A stretch of DNA of 64,000 nucleotides from the human T2T-CHM13v2.0 reference genome, Homo sapiens. The position numbers and the translations under genes were made by a program. Location of the stretch: assembly GCF_009914755.1 (NCBI RefSeq), contig NC_060933.1. One strand, given 5' to 3'. Under the pieces are notes generated by a model that searched no databases, was not told the DNA's origin, and worked only from the letters and a program-made list of their open reading frames with translations. Positions 50,525 to 63,686 of the stretch are shown one piece after another (position 1 is the stretch's first letter; each line of letters begins with the position of its first letter).

Positions 50525-50825
50525 TTTTTTTTTTTTTTTTTTGAGATGGAGTTTCGCTCTTGTCGCTGAGGCTGGAGTGCAATGGAGCAATCTCAGCTCA
50601 CTGCAACCTCCGCCCCCCCAGGTTCAAGCAATTCTCCTGCCTCAGCCTCCCGAGTAGCTGGGATTACAGGCACCTGTCACCATGTTCAGCTACTTTTTGT
50701 CTTTTTAGAGAGACAGGGTTTCACCATGTTGGTCAGGCTGGTGTTGAACTCCTGACCTCAAGTGATCCACCCGCCTCAGCCTCCCAAAGTGCTGGGATTC
50801 CAGGCGTGAGCCACCGCACCCGGCC
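50525..50825 (-). mobile_element. AluSq/Sp-like
   Basis: poly(T) then GAGATGGAGTTTCGCTCTTGT... Confidence 0.95.
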
Positions 50826-52148
50826 AAGTAGTGCTGTCTCCAAGGCCTGGCTTGCAGGGCTTCCCAGTTCCAAAGGAGCAGACCGGGCTTCCATGGGGCC
50901 TTGGCACAGCACACAGGCCATGGCGAGAACTTGCTTCCCACACACCTGAGTGTGTCCCTGGGCAGCCAAGCCAGGACTCCCTCCCTCCCCAAGACCCTGG
51001 TCCCTGAAAGATCCTGAATACCCCCGAGTGCCTCCCAACAGGTGCTTCGGGCTCTTTGAACAGAGTCCAGCTGGGCCTCTGAACTCCTGGGCCAGATGTT
51101 TCTCCCGCCTGCCAATGTCAAGCTGTCTGGAGGACAGCGCTGCGGGCGGAAAACGCCGCTGGAGACACTAATCCTTTCCTGGGCTGGGCCACGGAGGATG
51201 GAGGGAGACAGGCTCTGAAGCAAATGCCTTCAGGGCTGGCTTTCTCATGGCTCTAATTAAGCCCTTGCCAATTTGGGCCTGGCGGCCTCATCTTCCCACT
51301 GAACATCATATTAAAGTCAATTCATGTCCAAAGCTCCCCGCTCCCAGCTGGAAAGTCTTCCGCACTTGTTAGCTGGTAGCTTTTCCTTTTCTTTCCCCAC
51401 AGCCACCGTTGTGTATAATCCCTTCAAGAAGCGGAAAACAGCAGCGCTCCCCTGTCCCTCTGGGTTTGTCCTTTGAAATTTGGGCACAGGGCAGTTCTTT
51501 GCCAGCCCTGCCTGCCTGCCTTGCTGGCTGTGTGTCCCGTTAGTCTACGGGCTGAGCGTTGTGTCATTGGTTCATGCTGGGGTCCCTGGTGAAAATGGGC
51601 CAGGCCAGGGGTCAGGAAGGTAGAAGGGCAGTGATCAGGGAAGCAGGTCAGATGCTGGGGAAGGCTCCGGTCCCTGGATTGCGGCTGGACAGGAAGGACA
51701 CCTTCCAGGACACTTCTGGACGCATGTAAGATCTTGGCCGGAACACATGTCCCACTTCGCAGCCATTAGCCAGAGACATCAGCTCAGAGAGGTCTGGGCC
51801 CAGAGGCGGGACCTGGTCTAGCTCTGTCCTTCAGTCAGAACGGGGACGGCACAGGGAGTGTAGAAGGGTCTCGCTGAAGAATATGCAGATTCTCAGGCAT
51901 GGGTTCACCTCTCATCTATCGGGCTTTAAGTCTGCATGTGCCCTCCACAGGCTGAAATAGTGTAGATGCTGCCTATGTAGTAGATTTGGACCCAGTTCCT
52001 TTGGCCAGTGTAGACAGAGCCTCTCCTTATAGTGCTGCTGCTTCTAAGGGGCCTGTGGGGTGCGGGGCTGTGATGCCTCAGTATGTACCCAGCTTCCCTC
52101 AGCACCACCCCCTCGCATAACTTGGTTTCTTCTCTTCTTCCCCCCAAG

Positions 52149-52217
52149 AGTGGACCAGGCCATCTACGGCTGCCCCTCTCTCGAGCAGGTGGTCCCAGGT
52201 GGCCTCCCGTGCAGAAG
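52149..52217 (+). CDS. NTNG2: Candidate in-frame cassette exon, 69 nt
   Basis: tttcttctcttcttccccccaAG| acceptor, donor AAG|GTATGG at 52218, phase 1-1; WTRPSTAAPLSSRWSQVASRAE; resembles my recollection of the mouse netrin-G2 long-isoform insert. Confidence 0.7.
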
Positions 52218-53918
52218 GTATGGGGGGGCAAGGCCTGTGATGGGCCTGAGACCCCGGGGAAGCGCCCTCTTAGACTCGTAGGCCCCTCCCTCTGTAGTGG
52301 AAGTAGCAGGTGTGCATGGTGGGGACCTGAGGTTGGAGGGGGGCCGCAGGAACCAACTGAGGGCACGGGTGTAGAATGTCGGTGCCTGGGGAGCTCTAGG
52401 GCACAGTGGTGAGGGAGCGGCCTGGTAGAGCAGGTCTACCAGCTCTGCCCCCAAGCTCACCTGCTTCAAGAGGTTCCATGTGGCACCCCCACGCCAAGCC
52501 CTTCCACCAGCACTCCCTCCGAGGGCTTCGGAGTCTGGTAGAGGCCCCGCCTCCCACGACAGGAACCCCCCTCTCCAGCTGCCCTTGCTCACAGGACACC
52601 TGGGCAGTTGCTGGATCAGAGAGTCAGAGGGGGCTTCCTGCAGGAGCGGGGGCCATGAGACCTCGGAGGGTGGACTGTGGCGGGTGAAGGGAGAAGGCAG
52701 CACATTCCAGGCCGCAGGGCCAGCCGGGGCAAAGGCTTGGCAGTGGGATGGCAGGGAGCCTGACAAAGTGGAAAATGTGTGGGTTAAAGGAGGGAGGGCG
52801 GGGTCCTGGAAGACACTGACATCCTCCTGCTACGTGGGAGGAGACACAGGGCTCATCTGTAGCCATAGACAGACATGCCAAGGAAACGCGCAGGCCTGCC
52901 CGACTCTCCAGAAGGGAAATTGTCCCTGGCCCCAGCTCACCAAGCCTGGGTGGGGAATTAGGGCCTGAGGTCTAGGGAACAGGTGAGCTGTTCCTTCCAG
53001 CTCACATGTTCAAATTTCCTCCAGCCCCAGCTCTGAGCAGCGAGCAGGGCTTTGAGCGCCCTCTACTGGCAGGAAGCTCTGGCGCTGGAAGCATGTTTAG
53101 AGAGGGTCTGAGGCTCGGTTCCTAGAAACCTGGAGGACCTGGGCCTGGTGTCCTCTGTGGTGATGGAGACAGAGCTGGCGGGAGCCATCGCTTCCCTACC
53201 CTGGGCCAACCAGGGCACCACAGACCCCCAGAGGGAAGCCAAGGTAGTGACGATCCCGGGACAGTGGCCTGCTCACCCACAGATAGGGCGTTGGGGTCCC
53301 AGCGGGATTCTGGGCAGTGGAAGGCAGGTGCCGTCCGTGTTCCTGGCTTGACAGCACTTGCGAGTGGGACTCCAGGGACAGCGAAGGATTCACTTTGGCT
53401 GGAGCAGGAAGAGTGTTTCAGAAAGGAAGGGAGATGCCAAAGTCCTTAAATGCCAAGTTTAGTCTCTGGGTTTGATGCTCCAGGAAGTTTGGAGAGGCGG
53501 TGGGGAGAGCAAGAGACGGGCGTGGTGTGCAATGTGATGTCAATCTATCTAAAAACAGTTTGGCTTCCAAGAAGGTCTTAGCAGGGCGCGGGGGTGTCAG
53601 GGGTTACAGAAGTCATTTGGAGGATTAATCCAGCCAGATGTGTCCATGGTCTCAGAGAGGGGACCAAGGGCAGGGCTGATTTGCAAGCTTGGGATGTGCT
53701 GTGTTTCCTTCAGGAAGGGGCCCCACCTCCCTGGGCTCTTCGAGGAGAGGGGCTGTGTGATTTGAGGCCAGAGGGGCCTCTCCCTCCCTCACATCTGAGC
53801 AGGCGACAAGGCTGCCTGCCCTAGAGCTGGCCCAGGGCGGCTCGGAAGCCTTTGCTGGGCTCTTCCCTGGGCAGTGGGACCATGACAGACGAAAGAACCT
53901 GTTTCTCATCTCTCCAAG

Positions 53919-54020
53919 CTGTGGGCACCCCTGCCGCTGCCCCTGCCCCTGCCAAGGGCTACAAACTTTTCCAGCTCAAGCCCAAATCTCCTCAAGTGAT
54001 GCCTATTGAAGAATTCCAAG
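53919..54020 (+). CDS. NTNG2: Candidate in-frame cassette exon, 102 nt
   Basis: tttctcatctctccaAG| acceptor, strong donor AAG|GTAAGA at 54021, phase 1-1; VGTPAAAPAPAKGYKLFQLKPKSPQVMPIEEFQ; C-terminal part resembles my recollection of the mouse long-isoform insert (...LKPRSPQVIPIEEFQ). Confidence 0.75.
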
Positions 54021-55558
54021 GTAAGAGGATGGACCTGGGGCCCCATCAGCCCTCCCTGACACCTGTTCCCCATCCGCCGCTGGAAAAAGACGGTGCAGGA
54101 TAGAGGACCGATGCCTGGCTCCGAAAACCCTCCTGGAGTAGCTGGGTCAAGGTTAAACTGAGTCTCTCTTCCCTACAGGCCTCCCTCCCCAAGGGAGCTG
54201 GGAGCAGGTATGAGTCAGAAGCCAACTTGGGCACAGTGGGCAGGCCACACAGCAGGCAGAGCAGATGCCAGAAATAGCCCATCCCGGCTCCCCTGGGAGG
54301 TGTGGCCCTGGGGCTCGTGTTGGTTGAAGCAGAATCTGGGACACACGGGTCACCGATGCTGCTCTTTGGGACACTTAGAGGATGCCTCATCTCCTCATTA
54401 TCTCTGGAGGGACAAAGTGAAGGGGGCAGGACTAGGTGGCCCACAGGTGGGAGTGCCCACCATCTCTCCTGGGCACAGGCTGTTTCTCTAGTCTCCCATG
54501 CCCTTGACCACTGGGTCAGTCCCTCATCCCATCACAAAAGGGAAGCTGGGTCCTCTAGAGATACACAGATGGTGTTTCAAGAGGGTGGCCGTTGTCCTTC
54601 CTTGTTCGGGGGCAGCCACATTGGCTTTCTTGCTGGAGGGTGGGTGGGTGGGTGAGTACTGTGTCCCTTCGTAGGAACATCAAGGGATGCCCCCCCATTC
54701 TTAGGGATGGTGACCTTCCTCACCAAATCCTCCATTGACAATGTGGGATTCACCTCCAATCCCTGAGAGCCTTGCCCCAGGCAGTCACGGGCTTGTCTGG
54801 TCCTTGGAGCGGAGCTGGTTAGGCAGGGGTCAGCCTGAGAACCACGTAGGGGTGGGGTGCAGGAGGCGGCAGGACATGGTGGTGGTGGTCCTTGGTATGA
54901 AACCATGTGCTTCCAGGAGCAGCGAGTCAGAAGCCGGGCCAGGACCAGGGGGAGGCATGCAGGTTCCCAGGGCTCCTGCTTTAAAGTGGCACTCACTCTT
55001 AGCATCCTGCAAAACAATCAAACTTGCAGAAAGCTCAGGCTAATAAGAAAGGGTCTGGCAGGTGGGCGTTTTCCTCCCAGCCATCTTCCAAAGCAGCATG
55101 GGCAGGAGCTCCTGGCCCATTGCATCTTGTCCAGCGTCCATCCATGCATTCATCTACCCGAGGATACCACGGCGAGCGCCGTGAACCCAGGCGTCGCCCT
55201 CCCCCAGTGCACAGCCAGGTGGCATGACCCTGCCCTCCTTGCATGAATCACTTTCTAATCACCCCGGCATGTGGGCATCCTTCAGCGAGCGCTTGGCCCT
55301 GGTGCCCAGCCAGGCATTAGCAGGAGCTGCCCACTGGCCCTCCCTGGTTCCCTGCCCACAGGGCCAGGTGGGAATCCCTGGGCTCAGCCTACTCAGGTTC
55401 TCCTCTGGGCTCAAAGCAGGGAGGCCTCTCTCTTCCTGAATCCGATGGAAGGGTGGGAGGCCTAGGGCACCTTCCGGTACCTTTTCCAAAGATGCCTTCC
55501 TCCGTCCCTGCATGACCTGGGGTGAGTCCTTCCTCGCCCTGTCCCTCAGTTTCCCTGA

Positions 55559-55888
<330 letters not shown>

Positions 55889-55976
55889 TAACTCCAGGGC
55901 CCTCTCCAGTTGAGCATCTCTAAGGACAGAAAGCTCCAGAAACTGCTCTATTAGTAACCTACCCTTGCGGTTCTCC

Positions 55977-56009
55977 GGTAAGTTTTGCACTGGAGTTGCA
56001 AAACTTACC
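55977..56009. repeat. Perfect 13-bp inverted repeat, 7-nt loop
   Basis: GGTAAGTTTTGCA-ctggagt-TGCAAAACTTACC. Confidence 0.97.
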
Positions 56010-56014
56010 AGTGG

Positions 56015-57139
56015 CCCTTCCCTCTCTGGGCAACTGGAGGGGACACTGACCCTTCCTGGCTCCAAAGAGCTGTGACTCTGGCAGGTGGCAGGCACTCAGT
56101 GGCAGAGGCCACTGAGCATCTGTCTGGGGCTGGTGTGTGGGGGGGGTCCCCCTCCATAGCTCCTTTCCAGAAAGGTGGAGGAGCAGCCTATCCCTCCTCC
56201 TGCAGGGGCCCAGTTGGGGGCCAAAAGATCGCCTTGCTGCGTGCATTTGTGCAAGTCCCTTCCCGTTCCTGGGCCTCAGCTTCCTCATTCATCAAATTGG
56301 GAGGCAGATCAGATCAAAGGTTTTCAGCTCTTTTTTGTGGCTGAAGCTTTTCTTCAAATGCTTTACCAGCCCAGGTCCAGCTATAAAGCTGCTCTTCACC
56401 CCTGGTGGGCACCCAGTCTGCTTTCTTCCAAGTTCTACTCAAGGACTGGCTTTTGGGTAGAGAAGGAAGTCCATCAGGGCCCTGGGCCTGGGCAAAGACC
56501 AAAGCCATGACCGCCAACCAAAACGCACCAGCCTGGAATGGTTGCCCCTGTCGTCAGTAGAGGCCAGGTCTCGGCCTCAGGGGCTGTCCCCCAACCCTGC
56601 CCAGCCAGGCCCCTTGGGACACCATCACCCATCCCCCACCCAGCAGGAGGCTCTGGCTGCCCAGAGGAGGGGCTCCTGCAAAGCTGGAGCTGTCGGTCTG
56701 AATTCTGGCGGCAGCCTTCAGATAATTCCATCAACTCTAAGTGATCAAAGCCGCTGACGTCACAGGGGGCCAGCTGCAGGGACAGGGCAGGGCCTTTGGA
56801 TCCAATTAGAGGTGCCCACACCCTGGCACCCTCCTCCTCTCCCTGGCTCTCCCTGCCTCCACCCCGAGAGCCAGCACTGAGCTGCAAGGTTTCTCAGGGT
56901 GGACGATATTCACCCTCTCCCACAGAGCCCCAAGGCAACCAACTGGGCCCACCCCGGGAGCAGGAATAGGCTGTTCCTCCACTCCCCTGCAAAGGAGCTA
57001 TGGAGGGGGGCCACCCCACAACACAGCAGCCCCAGACATGCTCAGTGGCCTCTGCTGAGTTTCTGCCACCTGTCGGAGTCATAGCTCTTTGGAGATGGGA
57101 AGGACAGCGACCCCTCTAGTTGCCCAGAGAGGGGAAGGG
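56015..57139. repeat. Non-Alu inverted repeat of about 200 bp (arms 56015-56217 and 56939-57139)
   Basis: Manual alignment of arm 1 to the reverse complement of arm 2 is roughly 80% identical, with exact blocks CCTCTCTGGGCAACT, CTCCAAAGAGCT, GCAGAGGCCACTGAGCA, TGTCTGGGGCTG, CCCCCTCCATAGCTCCTTT, GGGCCCAGTTGG. Confidence 0.95.
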
Positions 57140-57380
57140 GCTGACCCAGGCCACACCAGTGCCAGGGCGGGGAAGGTGGGGCTGGGACGTGTTTGATCCC
57201 AAGGAAGGAAGCCAGAGTCTTCTCTCCAGGCCTGGCCACCCTGGGAAGTCCCCACCTGCCGTCCAGCCGCGGGCTCACGTGGACCCAGTGTGGGGAGCAT
57301 CCCCTGGGGAGTGTGGAGATGCTCCCTGCGAGGCCGGGAGAGTGGGGGTCCGAGAAGACGGCGCCCACACGTAGCCCTGA

Positions 57381-57860
<480 letters not shown>

Positions 57861-58355
57861 TGGGCGGGGACAGGATGCTGCTGAGGTCCGGGGCCGGGCC
57901 GAGGGGCGGGTCCAAGAGCTCGGGGCGGGGCCTGATGCGACCTGAGGCACGGTGGTGCCTGGTGGGAACTACGAGAAAGACCGAGCTGGGGTTGGTTGGA
58001 AAGGTATTTGCGGGGACAGAGGGAGGGAGGCTGTCCAAGTCGGCGTTAGCCGCGGGCACAGGGTGAAAGGAGGCTCCAGGCGCGTGGAACAGCACGTGTA
58101 CAGCTCTGGAGACTGCAGGCGCGTCTGAAGAACAGCACCGAGGCCAGTGGGGCGGGGAGAGAGGGGCAGCGGTGGGAGGCAGCCGGGGGCCAGATCTCGC
58201 CCGGGCGCCGTCACCCTCCGAGCGGGGACGTTTCGCACCCAGCGCGCCTGGAGCCTCCTACATCCCCGGCCCAGACGGCGCCCCCGGGAGCTCGCACACC
58301 CTGCTTCGCAGGAGCTCGGAGGTTGGCGGGGGGACCGGGCCACCCCCCGTGCTGA

Positions 58356-58610
<255 letters not shown>

Positions 58611-59307
58611 GCCCCGCCCGGAGGACGCTCCCCGCACCCGGAGGCCGGGGGTCCCGGGGTCCCGGGGCGGGGCCGGCGTCCGAGGCCGGGCGGTGAGAAG
58701 GGTGCGGCCCGAGGTGCTCCCAGGTGCTACTCAGCAGGGCCCCCCGCCCGGCCCGCGCTCCCGCCCGCACTGCCCTCCCCCCGCAGCAGGGGCGCCTTGG
58801 GACTCCGGTCCCCGCGCCTGCGATTTGGTTTCGTTTTTCTTTTGTATTATCCACCGCCCAGTTCCTTTTTTGTCTTTCTCTCTCTCTCTTTTTTTTTTTT
58901 TTTTTCTGGCGGTGAGCCAGAGGGTCGGGAGAAACGCTGCTCGCCCCACACCCCGTCCTGCCTCCCACCACACTTACACACACGGGACTGTGGCCGACAC
59001 CCCCTGGCCTGTGCCAGGCTCACGGGCGGCGGCGGACCCCGACCTCCAGTTGCCTACAATTCCAGTCGCTGACTTGGTCCTGTTTTCTATTCTTTATTTT
59101 TCCTGCAACCCACCAGACCCCAGGCCTCACCGGAGGCCCGGTGACCACGGAACTCACCGTCTGGGGGAGGAGGAGAGAAGGAAGGGGTGGGGGGCCTGGA
59201 AACTTCGTTCTGTAGAGAACTATTTTTGTTTGTATTCACTGTCCCCTGCAAGGGGGACGGGGCGGGAGCACTGGTCACCGCGGGGGCCGATGGTGGAGAA
59301 TCCGAGG

Positions 59308-59360
59308 AGTAAAGAGTTTGCTCACTGCTGCCTCCACGGCCTGTTTTCTTTCTGTGTTGG
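59308..59360 (+). terminator. Proximal poly(A) site (variant AGTAAA + downstream GU/U-rich element)
   Basis: AGTAAA 59308-59313; CTGTTTTCTTTCTGTGTTGG 59341-59360; U-rich upstream element TATTTTTGTTTGTA 59221-59234. Confidence 0.6.
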
Positions 59361-60837
59361 GGACGGTGGGCAGGTGTGGGGCTTACAGAGGAATCCACAA
59401 CACAGCCTTAAAGAAACGGTTTCCCTACTGGGGCCACCATTTCCCTGGGCCTTTCTGTGGATTCCAGCAGGCAGTGCCCCCTCCCCGCAGGCTTGGCTGG
59501 CAGAGTTTTCCACCCCGCGGCCAGGCTGCAGGTGCCCCACCTGTTAGGAGCCTCCCCACACTGAAAGGCTGCCTCCCTCCTTTCCCAAAAAAGAAATCCG
59601 GAGTGTATTGGCCCTTTTCTACAGAAGTCCAAGGGAAATGACTCAGGGAGAATCCTAGCAGAGGTTGAATCCAATGCTCTGATTTATACTGTGTCGCGGT
59701 GGCCACCTCCGATGGATGTGTCATCTCAGACCTGTTGCAGCCGGAGCCTCAAGTCCAATATCAGATGAAGCTGAACCCACAATTCGGCCACCGCCTCCTT
59801 CCAGAGTTTCAGATGGCCAGGTGGGCAGAGGCGGGCAGTGCAGAGACCCCAGACGTGCCGGCCCTGTCCTCCCTACCTTCTCAAGATTAGGAAGGGGTGC
59901 TGGAGGGGACAGGGGCAGCTTGGGAGTGGTGAGGAAGCTCCTAGATTCGGGGCTCATCCCCTGGGGCCTCTGATTCAGAGGATCCAGCAGTTCTCCCATC
60001 TCCGCTTGGTGTCTCCAGTCCTGGGGCCACACTTCCCCCTCGGTCCAGCCTCCTGTCCACCTATGTTTATTTCAGAGCAGTGCCGGGGCTCCGGTCCTGG
60101 TTGCTAACTGCTGCCACTGCTCCACCTGCAGGTGCTCCCAGCACTGGCTTCTGCCACCACACCTGTTCTTTCCCAGCTGCGAGGTTTAGACCTGGGTCCT
60201 TCCCTTGAGTCCCCAAAGCTAAGCTAAGACCAAGTGGAACAAACTTGGCCTTGGGGACAGCAGGAGATTACAACACAGAAAAGGAGGGGGAGGCACAACG
60301 GGACACTGCATAGGACTCACAGTGTCCCGAGCCCACACACCAGCCCCTCCTGGCCTCCTCTCTCTGCTCCCACCCCCAGCACCCTGCTGACCCGGAAGTG
60401 CCTTCCGACAGGCCCTGCATCCTCCTGCAGCTGGCCCATCTCTACCCTCACATTCTTCCTTACGCACAGAACCCCACTGCCTGGGACCCAAAGTGCCCAG
60501 ATAAAATAAAACACCTCTCTGGGGCTTCTTGTGGATAGGAGTGGCCAGGGGACACAGCTCTGGGCAGTGAGATGTAAGCAGGAGTGATGGGTGGGCTTCC
60601 AGAAAGTTCTTAAAAGTCATCCCTTCCTCCACGCCCCACAAAGCCTCAGTTGTCCAAGTTTGTGGCTCTGGTTTTTCTCTCTCATCCCTCCCTCTGCTCT
60701 TCAGTCAGCAGGATGGGGAAGGAGCCTTCTTGAGACACTGAGCATAACAGTGTCACCCTCAGGATAGTGAAGGGTGGAGCCGGGGGTGGAAGTTGCAGAG
60801 CCTGGGACACCTGCCTTGGCTGCAACCTCTGCACTGC

Positions 60838-60976
60838 TTTTATTTATCTACTTATTTTTATAGAGTTGAGGTCTCACTATGTTGCCCAGGCTGGTCTCAA
60901 ACTCCTAGGCTCAAGTGAGCCTCCGGCCTTGGCCTCCCGAAGTGCTGAGATTACAGGCATGAGCCACCGCACCACC
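60838..60976 (-). mobile_element. FLAM/Alu left monomer in long 3'UTR
   Basis: GGTCTCACTATGTTGCCCAGGCTGGTCTCAAACTCC...GAGCCACCGCACC. Confidence 0.88.
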
Positions 60977-61002
60977 TGCCTGTCTTACTGTGTGAGAAAA
61001 AA

Positions 61003-61050
61003 AATAAACGGTGATGTGATTAAAACACTAGAATTTGGGTTTTCTGTTCC
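61003..61050 (+). terminator. Distal poly(A) site
   Basis: AATAAA 61003-61008 (also ATTAAA 61019-61024) followed by TTTGGGTTTTCTGTT. Confidence 0.6.
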
Positions 61051-62115
61051 ATGCACACTTTCCAAGTTCTTGGCCCTGCCTGATTGGCATCCGGGCCCCC
61101 TGAGCCCTCTAAGGCCAGAGAGAGACTGAAACCCACCCTTCCTTGGCCGCAGCCCCCCATGGTGACCCTCAAGTCACCAGGAAGAGGAATGTCCATGACT
61201 CAGGCCGAGGAGTCCACCTCTGTCCAGAACAGGACTGCCCCTGCCTTCTAGTGAGCACAGGGCAGCCGAGCAGAACTCACCCCAGAGAAACAGCAGCGCT
61301 GGCCGCAGTCGGTAAACAGCAGGCATTTCCTCCTAGTCATCAAGATGATAAAATGTCACCTAGAAGCAGAACTAGAGGCAGAACTTGAGACAGGGACAGC
61401 AGGGCCCAGCCCCAGTGGCCAGCCCTGGCCGGATCCACGAGGCTGGGGGCCCTGGAGCGTCAATGACATCCCAGCACTGTTCTTGTCTGGAGGCAAGTGG
61501 GCCACCCTCTGTCAGGCACCAGTGCCAGGCTGGCATGGGGGCTGCAGTAGAAGCCCCTGGTGCAGAAGGTGGGCGGCTGGGGGCTGTGAAGAGGCCCACA
61601 CGGTGGTGCAGAGGGCATGCCTCTTTATGTCACCCTGGGTGTGTCCCCGAACACCCTCGAGGGGTCTGGGAGGTGGGGGGCCTCTGTGGGCAGTCACTCT
61701 GTCCTCCTTGACCTCCGTCAGCTGGGCCCACACTGCGTCAGCTTTTCTGGCACCGGCCTGTGCATTCAGGGCTGGGGAGGTGGAGCTCTTTGTAAATCAG
61801 AATGGCAGCCCCAGTCCCCGGGGACACACTCAGGCCCTGACCTCCCCGGAGGGTGGAGGGAATGTTGCCAGTGGCCATTTGGAAAAACTCTGACATCTTC
61901 CAGGCAGCAGGAGGAGAAAACGAGGTCAGCAGAGCCAAAAGTCCTAGGCCATCCTCTTTTCAAATGGCACACCCTTGTCCCCAGAGCTCATATTTTGACA
62001 CCTGGTTCTGGGAGGTGAGGAGGAAAAGGCTCCCATTGTGCGCCTTGGATCATCATCACCGCATCCCCAGGCGCTGCGCTTACATTACTGCATCAACCCT
62101 CACCTGCACCCTAGG

Positions 62116-62328
62116 GCAAGGTTTTCAGCCTCAGCACCATTGACCTGGGGGGCTGGGTAATTCTCCATGGTAGGGCGTGGGGGCTGCCCTGTGCACGTGG
62201 GATGTGCAGCACCATCACTGGCTTCCATGTGGCACTTCAATGTGCCCCGTCCCCAGTTGTTGCAACTCAAAGTGCCTCCAGTAATTGCCAAATTGGGGGC
62301 AAAATCGTCCTAGACTGAGACTCGCTGC
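62116..62328. mobile_element. MER20 (hAT-Charlie)
   Basis: CCTCAGCACCATTGAC...GGGCTGCCCTGTGCA...CCCCAGTTGT...GGGGGCAAAATCG. Confidence 0.75.
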
Positions 62329-63049
62329 CTCAGGAGGAAAGGATGGTCATGCCCATTTTACAGAGGGTAAGTGAAGGCTGGGAGAGGCAAAGTCACTTGC
62401 CTGGGGTCACAGTTTCTAAGAAGCAGAGAGGAGAGTTGAACCCAGGGCTGCCTGACTCCAGAGCCCAGTGTTTCACCCCCAGGCCAGGCAGCCCTGGGCA
62501 GGCATTGGGCATCCACTCCCCGGCGGGCGGCTGCAGCTGCCCCCCCACCTCCATGCCTCCAGCTGCCTGCCTCCTTTGGCGCCCACAGCCAGGTCAGGCT
62601 GAGCAAGGAACCCTGGGGAGCCCAGCTTCATCTGAACCGCTCTGCTGTCACGGGAAACGCCTCCCCTGGCCCTCTGCGGCAGCATGGCCTGTCCCCTGCC
62701 CCCACCCACTCCCCTAAATAAGCAGAATTGCTGCGTCGGCATTTCCTGCCCAGCTCATGCCTTACAGTTACGAGGCATTTATGGGAGCCTGGGGAGCAGC
62801 CAGCAGCATCTCCCGGCAGACCTGAGCCCGCCTCCCTGTCTCCCCAGGGGCCTGGTCCATCCCGGCACATCCCAGCCAGAAGAGTTAAGGGAAAGGCCCC
62901 AGGAAGAAAAACATTACTTATTTATTTTTCCGTTTAAACCACCTGTCACAACTTGTAGGAAAGTTCGAAAATACAGAAAAGCAAAATCATAATAATTTTT
63001 CTATTAAACTCACCCACAATTCTTCATCCAGAGCTAATAACTGTTAATA

Positions 63050-63348
63050 CTTTTTTTTTTTTTTTTGAGACGGAGTCTCGCTCTGTTGCCCTGGCTGGAG
63101 TGCAGTGGCACGATCTCGGTTCACCGCAACCTCCACCTCCTGGGCTCAAACCATCATCCCACCTCAGCCTCTGGAGTAGGGGGAACTGCAGCTGTGCACC
63201 ACCACGTCCAGCTAATTTTTCATATTTTTGGTAGAGGCGGAGTTTTACTATGTTTTCCAGGCTAGTCTCGAATCCCTGGGCTCAAGCCATCCTCACTCCT
63301 CAGCCTTCCAAAGTGCTAGGATTACAGGTGTGAGCCACCACGTCCAGC
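63050..63348 (-). mobile_element. AluJ, 12-bp TSD
   Basis: TSD ATAACTGTTAAT 63037-63048 and 63349-63360. Confidence 0.92.
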
Positions 63349-63686
63349 ATAACTGTTAATGTTTTCTGATAGATATTTCTAGTGTTTTTCCATAAAATAA
63401 AACCCACACTCAGACATCGCCCCCCACCCCTGCAATTGCTAAGCCCTAGCACTGAGGCTGGACATGCCTTATTTCAAGGGTCCCTTCAGTGATGCTGAGC
63501 GTGGGATCAATTAATATAATATGGCCATCTTACAGCTCCACACACCAGGGCTCTGAAAGCGTCCTGGCCAGGGACCTTAGCCACAAGCACCGAAACAAAA
63601 CACCAGGTGATTTAAGAGGCAGAGGAGATTAAAGGATCACAGACCCCTCAGACACGTCAGGAGAACAAGGTAAGAGTAGGGAAAGT

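Larger units (their letters stand above)
58611..61025 (+). other. NTNG2: NTNG2 3'UTR (short form ending about 59332, long form about 61025)
   Basis: Follows the stop codon; ends inferred from poly(A) hexamers and downstream U/GU-rich tracts. Confidence 0.65.

Noticed and set aside
55362-55527. Possible extra cassette ending at GGG|GTGAGT (55522)
   Set aside because: Nearby acceptors give frameshifting lengths (160, 125 nt) or an in-frame TGA (102 nt); no further support.
58131-58151. RE1/REST-like site
   Set aside because: Only about 13/21 match, with a mismatch in the GGACAG core.
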